From Pecten maximus (taxonomy: Eukaryota), in contig NC_047033.1 of NCBI RefSeq assembly GCF_902652985.1, forward strand, positions 4,650,001-4,714,000: a stretch of DNA of 64,000 bases, given 5' to 3'. The translations under genes were made by a program, and so were the position numbers. Positions 1 through 15,200 of this stretch are shown piece by piece. Position 1 is the stretch's first letter. Every line of letters begins with the position of its first letter. The notes under the pieces are model-generated. The model saw only the letters and a program-made list of their open reading frames with translations, searched no databases and was not told the DNA's origin.

Positions 1-41
1 TCGCTAACACGAGGCACTGTCCATTCGGACGTTGTTGTGGA
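1..41 (-). CDS. Metalloprotease exon 8 (truncated by window edge)
   Basis: Long polypyrimidine tract then tttttag| STTTSEWTVPRVS... Confidence 0.7.
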
Positions 42-3000
42 CTAAAAAATAAAACAAAAAAAAACAAAAAAAACAACAACATGGAATTAACGGAAAGAGT
101 TCATGCCCATGGCACAAGGTACATGAAGGCCGGTATCGCTTCTATGTTGAAATATTTCCTCCGGGCATATAGCAGCGAAGAACAGTTGTTTTTGGCTCAT
201 CATTAGCAATGTAGTTTGGCAAGAATGCATTAAAAGTATTTGTTAATATTTTTAAAGAGTATCAATATACTAAACTGTCCTTCAAATGTCCAAAATGAGA
301 ACATGAATTTAATACACATCAAGTATCCATGGTGGCATTGCAAATGTGCTTGTGCGCCGATTCAAAACCTTACTTGATGTGGTATGAGAGGAATTTCCCT
401 GGTCTAGATCAACTCACAAACAATAACAGTACAGTCCGAAATTGTATTAAAACCTGCCAAATTATCCGAATGGATTCAAGTGTAGAAAGAGTCAACTGTA
501 GTTGAATTGTCAACAAATATTCTAGTCTTTAGTAATTATATATTTACATTGATGGCATGTGTTTATTGTATAACCTTACTAACGAAAACATCGTTTACAA
601 GTGTGTAAACATGACATTTGACGCGTAGGATAACATTGTTCATAGCCGCACCGGTTCACATATGCGTAATTAGTGAGAATGCGCAATAACTATTTTCGTT
701 TCTTCTTTTTTCCCAATAAAATATGATTGAAATATGGAAGATTTAGCTGAAATATAACAATGAAAAAATAAATTGTTTGAATTATCTTACAGGAATCGAA
801 TAAAACACGATGTTACTGTGGAGCTATGTTTTTGTTTATTTCAACCTTTCCCGCCAAATTGGAATCGGCTGTTTAGAGATTCCATTAATTGTCCGGCTGT
901 TACGTCTATACGTATAACGCCAAAAACAAGAATGCTGATTTAATCTTTTAATAAAATTAAATGAGGTTAAAATGTTAATAAAAAGAATAATTCTTGGTTT
1001 TTTTTTTATCTTAAACTGATGTGTAAACTGATTTTTTTCTTTACAGATATTTCAACATTACGCACTTATATGCAGTAGGACGAAATGCACGCCGACAGCT
1101 GCACGCAGTGAGAATGAATGGACGAAATGATACCGAGAGCTACGATCAGTCGGACAAAAAGACATACCGAGAGCTACACACAGTCAGACTAAACACATAC
1201 CGAGAGTTACACACAGTCGGACTAAATACCCGTCGATATACTTACTTTGGAAACGACCATACAGGCAAACACTGTTTTTATGGAAATCGATGACGAATCA
1301 ATACTGGCATACATAGTATCTATCTGCAATCACAAAATCAACATTACAAATAATTCGTTTTAAAACGCACTTTTTTGACGTAGCTTCATATTGCCCATTG
1401 TTTCTGAATAAATATATAATACGCACATTTTATGAAGTAGTGATTGTTTTTTTAAAGCATGACGTTTGGACTTAAATATGACGTATATAATTACAATGTA
1501 ACCATTTGTATACACTAGTTAAGTATGTTATGGCAGATCATGGAATTTTTGCCTGTTTGCTTGTTGTTTTCCTAAGCATCCACTCACTCAACGAGACTTA
1601 GTATAAAGCTTTGTTACCAAAGAGACTTGAATCTTAACAAATTTGATTTTAATCTCAGAGGACTTTCAATAGAATTTAGATTATATTGGTGGTGTGTGTT
1701 TGTTCGACTTGTCAACGAGTCCTAATTACATTGCAAGAATATATTAATTAAATACTTCATTAGCCACTCCGAGACTGTTATATTGCTATGATATAGGGGT
1801 GTACAGACCTCCTATTTATGATACATGATATTATTATCTTAACCACATTACTGATACTTTTTTTTACCACCTTTAATCCTCAAATGTCAATGTATAAAAC
1901 GCCAATGAATCACTGGGATATTCATTTCTGATATTAAGGACAGAAGACAATATTTTTGAAAAATAATATGAATATCAGTTGCTTTTATATTGAATCTTTT
2001 ACCAAATCTGTGTAAGTCACTGTACTTTTATAATTAAGAAGTTTGTATAGCAAGTTTATATAGAATCCCATCTTATTTTTAATATGCCTGTATCTTAATA
2101 TCTTTAAAAGGGAACCAACCAATTGAAAAAAATATATTTTTTGAAACAGCCCCTGTGTATAGAAAGTTGAGCCAAGGATAATAAGTCTGGCAGCCACTGA
2201 TTGGCCAGTATGTTATGAAGCGAGAAAATAGATATGTAGCCTGATAGGCAACTATCAATAAGAAATGTTGATATAAATTTCGTAATTCCGATTGATTTTT
2301 TTCCTAAAAGTTCAGGTAATAATAAATAACAGGTAAACATTTAAGATTTTTGAGAATTTTTACTGCGAAATTCGCCCATTTTCAAAATGGCTACCCTGGA
2401 GAAAATCTGAGCTGAAGGACACAATTTTTTGTTTTGATTAGGTGTTATATCATACCCTAAACTTTTGTTATAAACCATACTTGTCATATTGAATTCAAGA
2501 TTTTGAATGAAATACTCCAAAACGTTAACACTAAAGTCTATGGGAAAACAATTGGTTCGTTGGTCCCTTAAATGTAAATATCGCATGTGTTCATACATTC
2601 AATGTATCTTGACACTAGAGGACAACCTGTATGTATATACTCCGTTTATGATCAGTAATATGTAAAGTCGTTTATTATTTATCTATCAAATGCTGTATAC
2701 TGTATTAATTAGGAGATTAACCTCGTTCATGGAATGAGCGTAGTGCTGCCTGATGCTTGCCATGGCGTCCGTGTCTTTCTGTGCAGTCGATGTGGCATTG
2801 CTGTCGTCATACCAACTAAAGAAACAAAAATAAAATATTATTATGTCATATCTTTGATCCTATTATGTAAGTAAGTGGTAAAATGTAATTGGATACCAAA
2901 ATGATGAAATAATTCAGTCTTTGAGTTTGTCCACCTAGTCTAAATGTTCACAATAAAGAACAACGCATTCCTTGTTTTTAAAAAAAAACCTGTTTTTTTT

Positions 3001-6000
3001 TCTGAAGTTACATGGTGGTGTGTTATTCCGATCTATTAGAATTGTCTCCCTTTAAATTGTTATTCAAACTTTGAATTTGGATTTGGAGTTGTAATATATT
3101 ACTGTATATGTTAAGCGTATATACAGAAGTCATGTTTAAACAAATCATGCTTTCCACAAAAAGTGCAGATGGTCTAACTAGACCTAAATATGTTATTGTT
3201 TTTTCTCACTTGTGTCGTATTTTGACACTTCTCTCAGGTTCTCGGGACGATCGAAGATTATCTAAGCGAACACTGTCGGATCACTTCTGTGCGCCAAAAC
3301 GGAGTCATTTTCAATATGAACAAATTCATCGGCGTTTTCTATTCAATCAAGAAACCCTTTCATCCTTATCTGCGTGATTTACTCAGTACTACAACTGGTG
3401 TGAACTGGAGAGAGACGCCAGTGTTACTGACGTGAAAACTGTGATTATACCGAGTTATGAGGTATGAAGGATCGCTTGATTTACTTCATATAACTGCCGT
3501 CATTATCGCCAAAATTACAACAATCATAACCACGCTGACTATCCAATGTTTAGAAAACACTGACATTGTAACAGATAGACCAAAATCAAAGTTATATTTG
3601 TAAATATTATTTTTAAATTTGGAAGTAGATGGGTACAAAGCAAAATCAGTGTCCCAGGATACAGTGATGTGGTATTGTCTAAAATTTGAATTCATATAAT
3701 TAATGTTTTGATCTTATAATGTTCTTTGTTATTGATATTAAACCTTTTGTAAACTTTATATATTTTCAAAAAAAAAACATCTATTAGAAAATTATGTGTA
3801 TCGCTTTGTTTGCCCATATAGAAGAACACGAGGTGTCTTATTGTGGAAGGAAACCCATATGGTCCTATGGAATCTTTGTGAAAGTGTTACCACGATGCCA
3901 TTCGACAATCTAATTGTATCGTTCGATATTGTTATTATCGAATCTAGTTTTACAATAAAACCAGGTCAGACTGTATTATACTATATACTTAGATCGATCG
4001 TATATTATATATATATGTACATGTAAACAAAGATACAACAGTAACGATAAATAAACAATAAGAATATAAGAAATACAACATAAATTATAAAGATAAAATA
4101 AGAGTAAAGAAAAATACATTATGAATAATGAAAACAACAGTATGTTTATCAAATTTACAATAAGAATATCAAAAGATACAAATCTAAACTTAACAAGGCA
4201 TCTCAAGCGGTACATATCCCTTCGTTAATTTACATTGACCGATATGCAACAAAAGATGGTTATAATTATCTTATCACAATGCCGCTCAGGAAAACGCTAC
4301 CAAATATCATAAGAAGAGATAACATTTGTAAGATTTTGATGAAACAGAACTGCATATATCAAATAGTTAACGAAGTTGGTAAAGCGAGGACGATGAAAAT
4401 CTATTTATAGTAAAAGAGACCTTAATTTGGGTGAGTGAAACACGAGATGATGGTGGCCTTAATTTTAACCCAGGTGGATGAAACCTGAACTCGTACAAGA
4501 CATGATGGCTGTAGGTGTATTAAGTCTCTGTTTAGGGCAATCAAGTTATTAATGACCATGGACTTCAAAATATATTTATAGTAGCAATGACCTTATTTTG
4601 ACTCCAGGTGATTGAAATGGGGACTCGTACAAGAAATGAATGTTGTAAGCAAGTACATGAAGTTTCAGGATCATTAATGAAATCGATAGAACGAGGACGT
4701 CAAAACCTTATTTATTGTAACAATGACCTCACTTCCCCCCTATGATTGAAACGCAAACTGGTACAAGATATAATTGTCGTTATAGTGAGTGTGTGAATTT
4801 TCAATTTAATTGGATCATTAATTAAGTTGGTAGAGCAAGAACGTCGTACATATATATGTTTCCATCTCCGACTGCTCGCGAGGGAATAATAACAACGATA
4901 CAATAGAAAATTCGAAACAAAGAATAAAATAATATGATAAGGAAACGTCACTGCATCATTAAAAAATGTCTTATACTAGATTTCCTTTTTATTAATATTG
5001 CTATTACTCTAATATTAACTTACTAGCTGTAAATGGTATGATCGGATGTGATCATAATTTCTACTGTTTGTTGAACAGCAGCCCGTTTCACCCGTGGACT
5101 GGGAATGGGTGGTATGCGATCATCTAGCCTGCGTCCACTTCCAGTTTTGCCTCTGTTCCGAGATTCGCCCAAATAAGTTGTATCGTCCTTTTCCCCGACA
5201 AAATCATCAACTGAAAATATTAATGAAAACGTTGTTTTTTAAGACCTAATGTTTTTTTACCAAGTCCTTTTCAGATTATCATCAGTTTCCCACTTTTTCT
5301 ACAAGTACTTGTTGGACGGTCTATAGAGTTGACGTCGGCATATTCGGTTAGTTTTATGTTAAAATACCAGGTAAAAACATTGGGATAGATATACATGTAT
5401 TATACTGTTGCATTTGATTGATGAAGGTGAGGGAGTATTTACCGAAACATTACGCACAAATTATATACAGGTAGTGATATACCTGTATACCAAGTCTAGC
5501 CACAATAATGGTTACTACACCTGCTTTAATGAGCTGAACTGGGTGTGATTTCACATCTTCAATGGACTGTTAAGAGTAAAACCTGTTTATGCCCATCATA
5601 GTTTAAAATTACATACGATTTACATCAGTATTTTCGTTATATATTCAACAACAAAGGAGTATATATTGATTTAGATGACAAGGCAAATTACAGAACACAA
5701 TGTCCCTGGTAGGGCGTAACCCTTCAGGGATATTCAAAATACCAGCTAAGTGGAACTTTAAATGACTTCATGTATTAACATAATTCTCTATGAAATGTCA
5801 ACTAAAAACTCAACACAAATTAAAAGTTAGTCATGTTGATGTTTCGAAAGTAAAACGTATTTTTCTTCTCAAGATTTCCTAGTGGCACTTGTGTATGAAA
5901 CATCTACACCGCTATTTGTTTTTAAAGCAAATTGATAGTTTCGCTCTATTTCAATCAAGTAAGCATAACCTGTAAAGGATTCTCAGTAGGTTACGTGAAA

Positions 6001-9000
6001 TATTAAATATTACTTTGTGTTGTTTAGAAAATATTTGTGGACAAACAAGTGATTATTGCTGCTTAGCTATTTTTTACTTCAATGCATTGTATTTTTTAGT
6101 TCTTTAATTTGAAGAAAAAAACAAAGAAAAATCTATACACTTTAAAAGTCATTAAAATGAAGAAGGCCCAAATAGCAGTATCATGCCTTTGGCTTACTCC
6201 TCCTTTGATGATAGAGATATTTGAAGCTATTTAGAGAAGGAGAAATACTGATGTTACTGACACCAACCTGTTTACAAAAAAAAAAAAAAAAAAAAACACA
6301 CTACATTTACATGTATTTAAAAACACTTGAAAACTATGAAATATATGCCGTATTTCAAAAAGTGAATGCATGAAAGAGGCATCAAAAAGTACTTTGTTTG
6401 GCTGTCAAGTTACTTTCGTATTTAAGACTTCCGTTGGTTATACACGGGTATATGTGACTCATGTCCTGTACTGTAAACTCTCAACTTGGCGATATTTTAC
6501 AATTTATAAAAGGAGTAATCTAGTTATAGTTAAATACAGAGTAAAACACAAAAACTCGTCACACAGATGTGAGTTATCTATAAAACATATTCTGACCTTA
6601 ATAGGGACAAGGGTATCAGTTTCAACTACAACGTATCAAACAGTCGAGTGATGGTCGTTTTAAAGAAATCAACACCCAGTAGTTTAAGTGAAGGACAAAA
6701 GAGGCACCCAAACATGATAACTTTGCGGATATGGATTTGTTTCTTAAATTAAATACTGTTGTCATCTATGAGATCTTATTAAAAAGAAAATGTTATTTTA
6801 GCCCTCTTTTTCTCTTATTATCCTTCGTAAAAATAAATAAGTATTGTATTGGTAAAAAGTTATCATAGTAAGTCGTTGGTTAGGTTTTTATCTAACGCCA
6901 ACACGTACTAACTTTAAATTGTTAGAGACTGTACAACACATGTACTGAGCTGATTTTAGACTTTCCATTATGTAGAGTATAATTTGATATAAGCTGAGGT
7001 ACGCTTGACTGGACACCTGTAGTCGGAGGGCATGACAGACTACAATTTAGCTAATTGTGTCAATACAATTTACGAGACTTTATCATAAGTATCACCATGT
7101 TCACAAAAGCGTAACTATATGTATACTTGGTCTTTGGTACGTTTTTATTGTGGTTTCATTGTTAGAACATTTCCATAGCTATCTTAACGGTGTCATCCTG
7201 TTTCTCCCAAAACTGAAAAATACAAGTCCTGGTTCTCCCAAAAACTTATGTAAACAATATAGGAGGAGTGTTGTTTTAACATTTAAGTTAACTGCTACCA
7301 GTAATGGTAAATCAACGTTCCTGTTACCTGTACAGGTAAATTAAGGTGTCTATTACTGAATGTATCAGTTGACAAATAAAGAAAAATAATAGATTTATCC
7401 ATATATTCATAGATGGTTTGAATTTAAAAATAAAACGTGCAATTTGATAAGAAATAGATAAATAAAAATAAAACATTATGTGTATAGTTTATAATAAACT
7501 TATAGAAGTGATTATAATTGGCTTCTTTTAGATTTATCCATATATCCACAGATGGTTTTAATTTAAAAATAAAACGTGCAATTTAATAAGATGATATATT
7601 AATTAAGTACATATAACAGTCTATCACCGAAAAATTCATCATTCTCAGTATGGCTAACTATCAAGTACACGTCCAGTTTACTGCAAACTTTAAAATTCGG
7701 TCATCAACACAACCACTCACCCAAACATTTCCAGGGGGATGTTCAGAAGACAATGATGGTGTAGGAAGGAACTCAAACCCATACCCGCCATATACGACGA
7801 AGAAGTATCTAAACTACAGACACAGACTGAGCAGCTGACAGACCACTACTTGAGCAGATTCCCACCTACGCAACCTGTAAGACATCCCTTTACCACTCCA
7901 GAAGCAAACTACTACCAAAGCTACCGACATCCTTGGCAGACATCATTTTGGAAGATGAATGGACTCTAACCAATAACGGTGACCAATTCCTCCTCTTTGA
8001 TGACAACACAGACAACCGACGCATTATGACCAACAACCTGGAAGAATGACACAGCAAATGTAAGAAGAGGATCCCACACGCACATCTAAACATGTACATC
8101 TTCATCCGTGTACTCGAAGAAATCCAGGCTACAAACGACATCACCCGACTTCAGCTTGCTGCCAGAGGACTGCCAATGCCCAAGAGACGCAGATACCGAC
8201 AACTAAACAACCCAACTGAAAACCCTTCTACGCAACGGCGACATAGACTACATCAACTATGGCGACCGAGCAACATATTTATTACATATGGAGTGAAATA
8301 AAACATACTATATATGTAGTTACATATTGTTCTGTTAACAATATACATGTATCATTCTTAATATAAATTCATCTTTTGTAATACAGTACAAATATTATAC
8401 AGAGAAGGTAAACTATTGGTTTATTTATGATATAAATAGTGCTTATTTGTAATGTACATGTATGTATGAATGCATATGTGGTGTTTATTATATTGTATTT
8501 TGAAGATAATAGTGCTTATTAGTTATCAATTGAACAAGTATCATATCATCAGTAAAAAGTACATATATGTGTGTAATATATATGCATTGTTTTTAACTTT
8601 TTTAAAGTGTAGAATATGTTTGGAATATATGTTCACATATATATGATTATGTCAATAAAATTTAATACATAATTTCACATATAAAACTATAACATTAAAT
8701 TGACATTTTTGTCGTTCTATCACCTATCTACCTGTATTTGCCTGGATTTACCTGGATTTTACAAATAAATGAATGAGAGAGATAATGACCTTATGTGTTT
8801 ACTTAATAATTAGACCCCTGTGTAAACAAATCCTGTTTCTCCCAAAAAATTTTTACCTGGATTTTCAGTTTTGGGAGAAACAGGATTAAACCATCTTAAC
8901 ATACCTGTGGTATTTAATGAAAGAGAATTGAGATTTTATTTAAAGTTGTAATTTACTGTCAACCATGCTAGGTCATGTGTTTATTAAACGTCTATCTCAC

Positions 9001-9212
9001 ATGGTGATTTTATTCAAAGGCAACAGTTATAGCAATGAATGATAGGGAATTGATTAATTAGAAATCTGTCTTAAGATAATTTTGCTGATCTGTATCTTTA
9101 TATATGTATGGTTACTATATGTGTGGTTAGGATACTTGCTATTTTCTTATAAATGTATATTATCATATTATGCGTAATCATATATGGATTCATCAGGATT
9201 TTTGGTTGGTTT

Positions 9213-9246
<34 letters not shown>

Positions 9247-12200
9247 TTCTGTAATGAACTTTTGATCTTATAATACAATTCTTCGTTTAAATTCTTGCGG
9301 AATGGTCACTTGGCAAAATTTAGGATCCGTCTATGATAATAGCTTTAATGCATAGAAAGTTTCTACTTATGCGGTTATATGGCCTAGAAATAGGCTTCCT
9401 TTTATTTCTTGCGACCAGAGTACTGTACAATCACATGATGACTTTATACACGATCGTAAGCCCATAATATTAGACGTGAACACTACCGATATTTTTTCAT
9501 CATTTTCTTTTCTTTTTTCATTGTTTTCATGTGAAATTGATATTTTGTTAATAGTCTGACTCCAATTTTGTGAACATTTGCCCACAGGAAAGTGTCACCG
9601 GATTTAAGGAATGGATATTAGTTAAGTAAACTTTCCCTAAACGACATACTTCAGTTAACATGGGATCTCAGGAAATTTCGGCAAATGAAACATTTGCTTC
9701 GGGTTGGTATATACTCAACTAGTATAAGCTATCATTGTACATATGATAAGTAGATGGAAAATACATACTATTCATTTAGACGGGAAAAAACACACGCAAA
9801 CAAACGAAAGGAAAACAATTATACAGGGTAAATTGAGCACTCGTATACACAAAGTTCACAACCAAATATGCTAGTATGTATATGACTATTATGTATATGA
9901 CTATTATGTATATGACTATTATGTATATGACTATTATGTTTATGACTATTATGTATATGACTATTATGTATATGACTATTATATATATGACTATTATGTA
10001 TATGACTATTATGTATATGACTATTATATATATGACTATTATGTATATGACTATTATGTTTATGACTATTATGTATATGACTATTATGTATATGACTATT
10101 ATGTATATGACTATTATGTTTATGACTATTATGTATATGACTATTATATATATGACTATTATGTATATGACTATTATGTATATGACTATTATATATATGT
10201 TTATGACTATTATGTATATGACTATTATGTATATGACTATTATATATATGACTATTATGTATCTGACTATTATGTATATGACTATTATGTATATGACTAT
10301 TATGTTTATGACTAATATGTATATGACTATTATGTATATGACTATTATGTGTATGACTATTATATATGACTATCAAATACACCATCCTATTCTTTACGGT
10401 CTTGACATCTCGACGTATTTTAAACAGTTAATAAAGTTTATAGCATATGCAATAATTTCAATATCTTTTCTATAAAGAGGCCAACATTTTCAAGGAGAGC
10501 AGCATTGCAAATTTAGGATTTAGGGAGAGCAGTATTGTAAATTTAGGATTTAGGGAGAGCAGTATTGTAAATTTAGGATTTAGGGAGAACAGTATTATAA
10601 ATATAGGATTTAAGGAGAGTAGTATTGTAAATTTAGGATTTAGGGAGAACAGTATAATCAATTTAGGTTTTAAAGAGAACAGCATTATAAATAGCAGTAT
10701 TGTAAATATAGGATTTAAGGAGAACAGTATTGTAAATATAAGATTGAAGGAGAGCAGTATTGTAAATATAGGATTTAAGGAGAGTAGTATTGTAAATATA
10801 GGATTTAAGGAGAGTAGTATTGTAAATATAGGATTTAAGGAGAGTAGTATTATAAATATAGGATTTAAGAATAACAGTATTATAAATATAGGATTAAAGG
10901 AGAGTAGTATTGTAAATATAGAATTTAAGAAGAACAGTATTATAAATATAGGATTTAAGGAGAGTAGTATTGTAAATATAGGATTTAAGGAGAACGGTAT
11001 TGTAATATATAGGATTTGAGGAGAACAGTATTGTAAATATAGGATTTAAGAAGAACAGGATTGTAAATATAGGATTTAAGGAGAACAGTATTGTAAATAT
11101 AGGATTTAAGGAGAGTAGTATTATAAATATAGGATTTAAGGAGAACAGTATTGTAAATATAGGATTTAAGAAGAACAGTATTATAAATATACGATTTAAG
11201 GAATGCAGTATTGTAAATAAAGGATTTAAGAAGAACAGTATTGTAAATATAGGATTTAAGGAGAACAGTATTGTAAATATAGGATTTAAGGAGAGTAGTA
11301 TTATAAATATAGGATTTAAGGAGAACAGTATTGTAAATAAAGGATTTAAGGAGAACAGTTTTGTAAATATAGGATTTAAGAAGAACAGTATTGTAAATAT
11401 AGGATTTAATGAGAACAGTATTGTAAATATAGGATTTAAGGAGAACAGCATTGTAAATATAGGATTTAAGGTGAGTAGTATTGTAAATATAGGATTTAAG
11501 GACAGCAGTATTGTAAATATAGGATTTAAGGAGCACAGTTTTGTAAATATAGGATTTAAGGTGAGTAGTATTGTAAATATAGGATTTAAGGAGCACAGTT
11601 TTGTAAATATAGGATTTAAGGTGAGTATTATTGTAAATATAGGATTTAAGGACAGCAGTATTGTAAATATAGGATTTAAGGAGAACAGCATTGTAAATAT
11701 AGGATTTAACGATAGTTGTATTGTAAATATAGGATTTGAGGACAGTAGTATATGTTATAAGTATACGATTACGTCATGCCGTTTCGATGACTACAGTCCG
11801 CCACCTTCATCAGACAATTGATCAGCTGGGCGTATGCAATCTGAGGTGTTAAGTGTACAAGATCGTGACCGAACTGCCAGGCACTGCAGGGTCCCGTGTA
11901 TCGTTACGTTCTATTAAGATAGGTAGGTATTCACTTTGACATAACGTGGATTGTGACCACTCCTCGAAATTAACCACAGGACAAATTGACTACGGCATCA
12001 CGAAACTTCTCTCAAATTACATTGTTAGTTCGGTTACAAAAGATCTGGTATAACCTGGTGTAAACTGCTTTTGGCTGGAACGCATAATGAACATCCATAC
12101 CTGTACTTCATGTTTCATATATAAAGCGGCTTTCACTCCATGATGTAATGAAACGCTAACATGTTCCCTATAAATCTGATAATTCAAAATAATTCTAACG

Positions 12201-15200
12201 GATATACCTACATTCCCCATGATGTAAAAGGAGCTGGAGTTGTGTGAATAGTTTTAATAATTTGATATAGGCGGAAAATTGTTCGCCTTTAATATTTTGA
12301 TATAGGCGGAAAGTTGTTCGCCTTTAATATTTTGATATAGGCGGAAAGTTGTTCGCCTTTAAAAATTTGATATAGGCGGAAAGTTGTTCGCCTTTAATAT
12401 TTTGATATAGGTGTAGCGGAACTGGACAGTGTCGATCATCGGCGACCAGGTAGCTCAATCGGTAGAGCATCCGGCTAGTGTTCGGAGGTCCCAGGTTCGA
12501 ACCCCGGTCTGGCCGTGCATTTTCCCACTCCTCTTACATAGGCATAAAGTTCATCGCCTTTAATAATTTGATGTAGGCATAAAGTTCGTCGCCTTTAATA
12601 ATTTGATGTAGGCATAAAGTTCGTCGCCTTTAATAATTTGATGTAGGCATAAAGTTCGTCGCCTTTAATAGTTTGATGTAGGCATAAAGTTCATCGCCTT
12701 TAGTGATTTGATAAAGGCGTATCAAACGAAAAAAGATCAGAGGCTGCCAACGAAATCACGATGACATTGTTGAGGTATACTCCTGTATAGGGATCTATTT
12801 GTGTATTCACTAACTAAAAGGGACACGTGTCTTCATCAGGGGGAAAACGTTAACGTAAGTGTGCCTTGTACTTCTCTATTTTGCTAAAATGTGATATATC
12901 TAATTGTTTTATAAAAATGATACTTATTTAATTAATAAAATGATTTATGGATGAAAAGTATCTTTTATTTTGTTGTGTTTGAAGTAAATCAACTTAACGT
13001 TTCAATGTGAGTCTGACAGGTGACGATCGACACTACGACATTGAGGACATGTAACAGCTACATTATATAAGATTTATGGTCATTATCATAAAAAGGTCGA
13101 CCTATTTTCAACCATGAATAATTCGAAGTCCCGCTGTATCGAAGTTTTTCTGCAAGTCCCTTGAACTTCGAAACATCGAAGTTTGACTGTATTTATATAG
13201 ATGAAACCTTTATGGTTCTATACCATAACAAGTAAACATTCTAGCACAAAGGATGGTTTTGTCCATTATGGAACGGCAGATGTGATGGTGACGAAATGAT
13301 GTGAATAATTAGTTACAGTCAAACGTTGTTATCTAGAACTCTGATCATTCAGTTCAAACGTCGGGTATCTCGAATTTTCTTTTTCTTCGTGACCCCACTA
13401 ACTTTGAGGTACATTGTAACAAGGTAAATTTTGTAAGTGAATTGTACAAAGCCAAACAAATAAATAACACCTTATGTATCCAGAAATATTCGGACTATCA
13501 CCCGCTACTTACAGTATATACAGTGTAAAACACATAGCTAGTCAGAATTATAATTTAGCTGACCACTAGCACAAAGAATATTTCATTACTTATTAACTTC
13601 ATGTGATGTTGTATGGAAAGGGTTTTGTTATAGTCATACCTCAATCGTATTCCATTCAATTGCTTACAAAGGCAATCAAATAGCCTTAAAGTAGTTTAAT
13701 GTCATTTTAAAATATAACCCTCGAGACATTCGAAACACATAAGACGAGTATATTATATGTCAAGAGGTTTTGAGTAATAAATAACATTTTTAGTCACCTT
13801 TTTTTCGTACAAAGTCCACAACCATGCCGGCCTTGACCTTATACTTCCGCAGACGAAATTGTGAATTGTCATTGCTGTCAATGTCACCAGACCTCTCCAG
13901 AAAGTAATTCGCATTGCGTAATCTCAGTGTCCCAAACTGTGAAGATAAACATTTCAGAATAACTGTTTTTGTAGCACTCTGTGAATGATTTGAAATTGTT
14001 CCTTAATCAATCCCTGATCATCGTTTCCTTGCTCGATAAGATTTAACTGTTAAGCCTTCCTAGACTTGCTGAATTGGAACTCGTATAGTGTTATTAGTAG
14101 CATTTATTTCAATTCCCAGATACAGAACAGACTAAGAAATATTTTCAATGAAAATAAAATTAATAATGAAGCATGTTCCATTTCAAAATTAAAAAAGAAA
14201 ATTGTATTACAGCGAAAATTCCAATTATCGAAAATAATCTTTTTTGTACAACGCTGATAATTGACTTACCAGATTTGAAACTTTTGATGTTTTTTCGTCG
14301 AATTTGACCGTAAAAGCTGCCCCATGTTCTACGTCTTGGTAATATGCTGTATCCTGTGACATTGCAACAATGAAATTTTTCAAAAGTGTTCAACGTCAGC
14401 TTTACAATAGTGTATCTTTCCTTAACTACGAACAAATCTAACCGTTACTTTGAATAAATCATATCGTTAGATCTGAACTTAACTATTGGTGATCTTTATT
14501 GTTACAAAGCTAAATCTACCAATATGCGAATGCATTTTACCACCACAAGGATGAAAGTATTTTCAACTCGGGAATTTTACAATGTTGCCAGTGCAAAGCT
14601 GCCATTTTGAGAAACCATTTTGACAAATGGGTCAATTTTCAGTTACCATGTTTAATGATCATAACTGTTATCAAAAGATATATTTTTAGAATTACTAAAT
14701 CTGAACGTTAATATGTCTTATCCTTGTTAGATGAGAGATAAACATGGCCATATGTTAATATCATATCTTACCGTTACAACAGGTAAATTTTGTTGGACTA
14801 TGCCGTTTTCTTCAATGACGTAGACAGGCACGTTCTCATTCAGAGCATAGTTACGTCGTAAAGAGAGACTGACAGAGGAGTTTTCCGTGTCAAAATGTAT
14901 CCCTAAATCATCCGGAAAGGAAATAACGCCACCGCCTGATCTTTTATGGCGTCCTGTGTCACTGATGTGCAATGTCACGTGTTCTGGAAGAAGTTTCAAA
15001 TTGTTTATATTACAGTTGATACAACACTATGAAACGAACGATACGTGACATTTTTATCACATTCAGATAATTATTATTTAAATAGAAACGATACAATTAA
15101 GGGCATACAGATAAAATCATCAATAAGTGTTGAATTGTTTTATAATTTTATTTAAAATCGTAAAATGCAATACAGGCAAAGATACCAGAATTGTTATTTA

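Noticed and set aside
3486-3695. Minus-strand hydrophobic ORF (MSVFSKHWIVSVVMIVVILAIMTAVI) resembling a signal anchor
   Set aside because: It stops immediately after the hydrophobic stretch, has no convincing splice sites and is not needed for the metalloprotease exon chain.
9215-9245. 31-nt poly-G tract
   Set aside because: Simple homopolymer, probably within a decayed MITE (9179-9335); its length is unreliable and there is no evidence of function.
9819-11821. Long ORFs (HNSHI, MYMTI, KESSIVNIGF, LSLNPIFT)
   Set aside because: They are translations of 15- and 30-bp minisatellites open in several frames and strands, and they are intronic.
12444-12515. Functional tRNA-Thr gene
   Set aside because: It has an acceptor-stem mismatch and sits within TG..CA termini with a TSD, so it is better explained as a mobile element.
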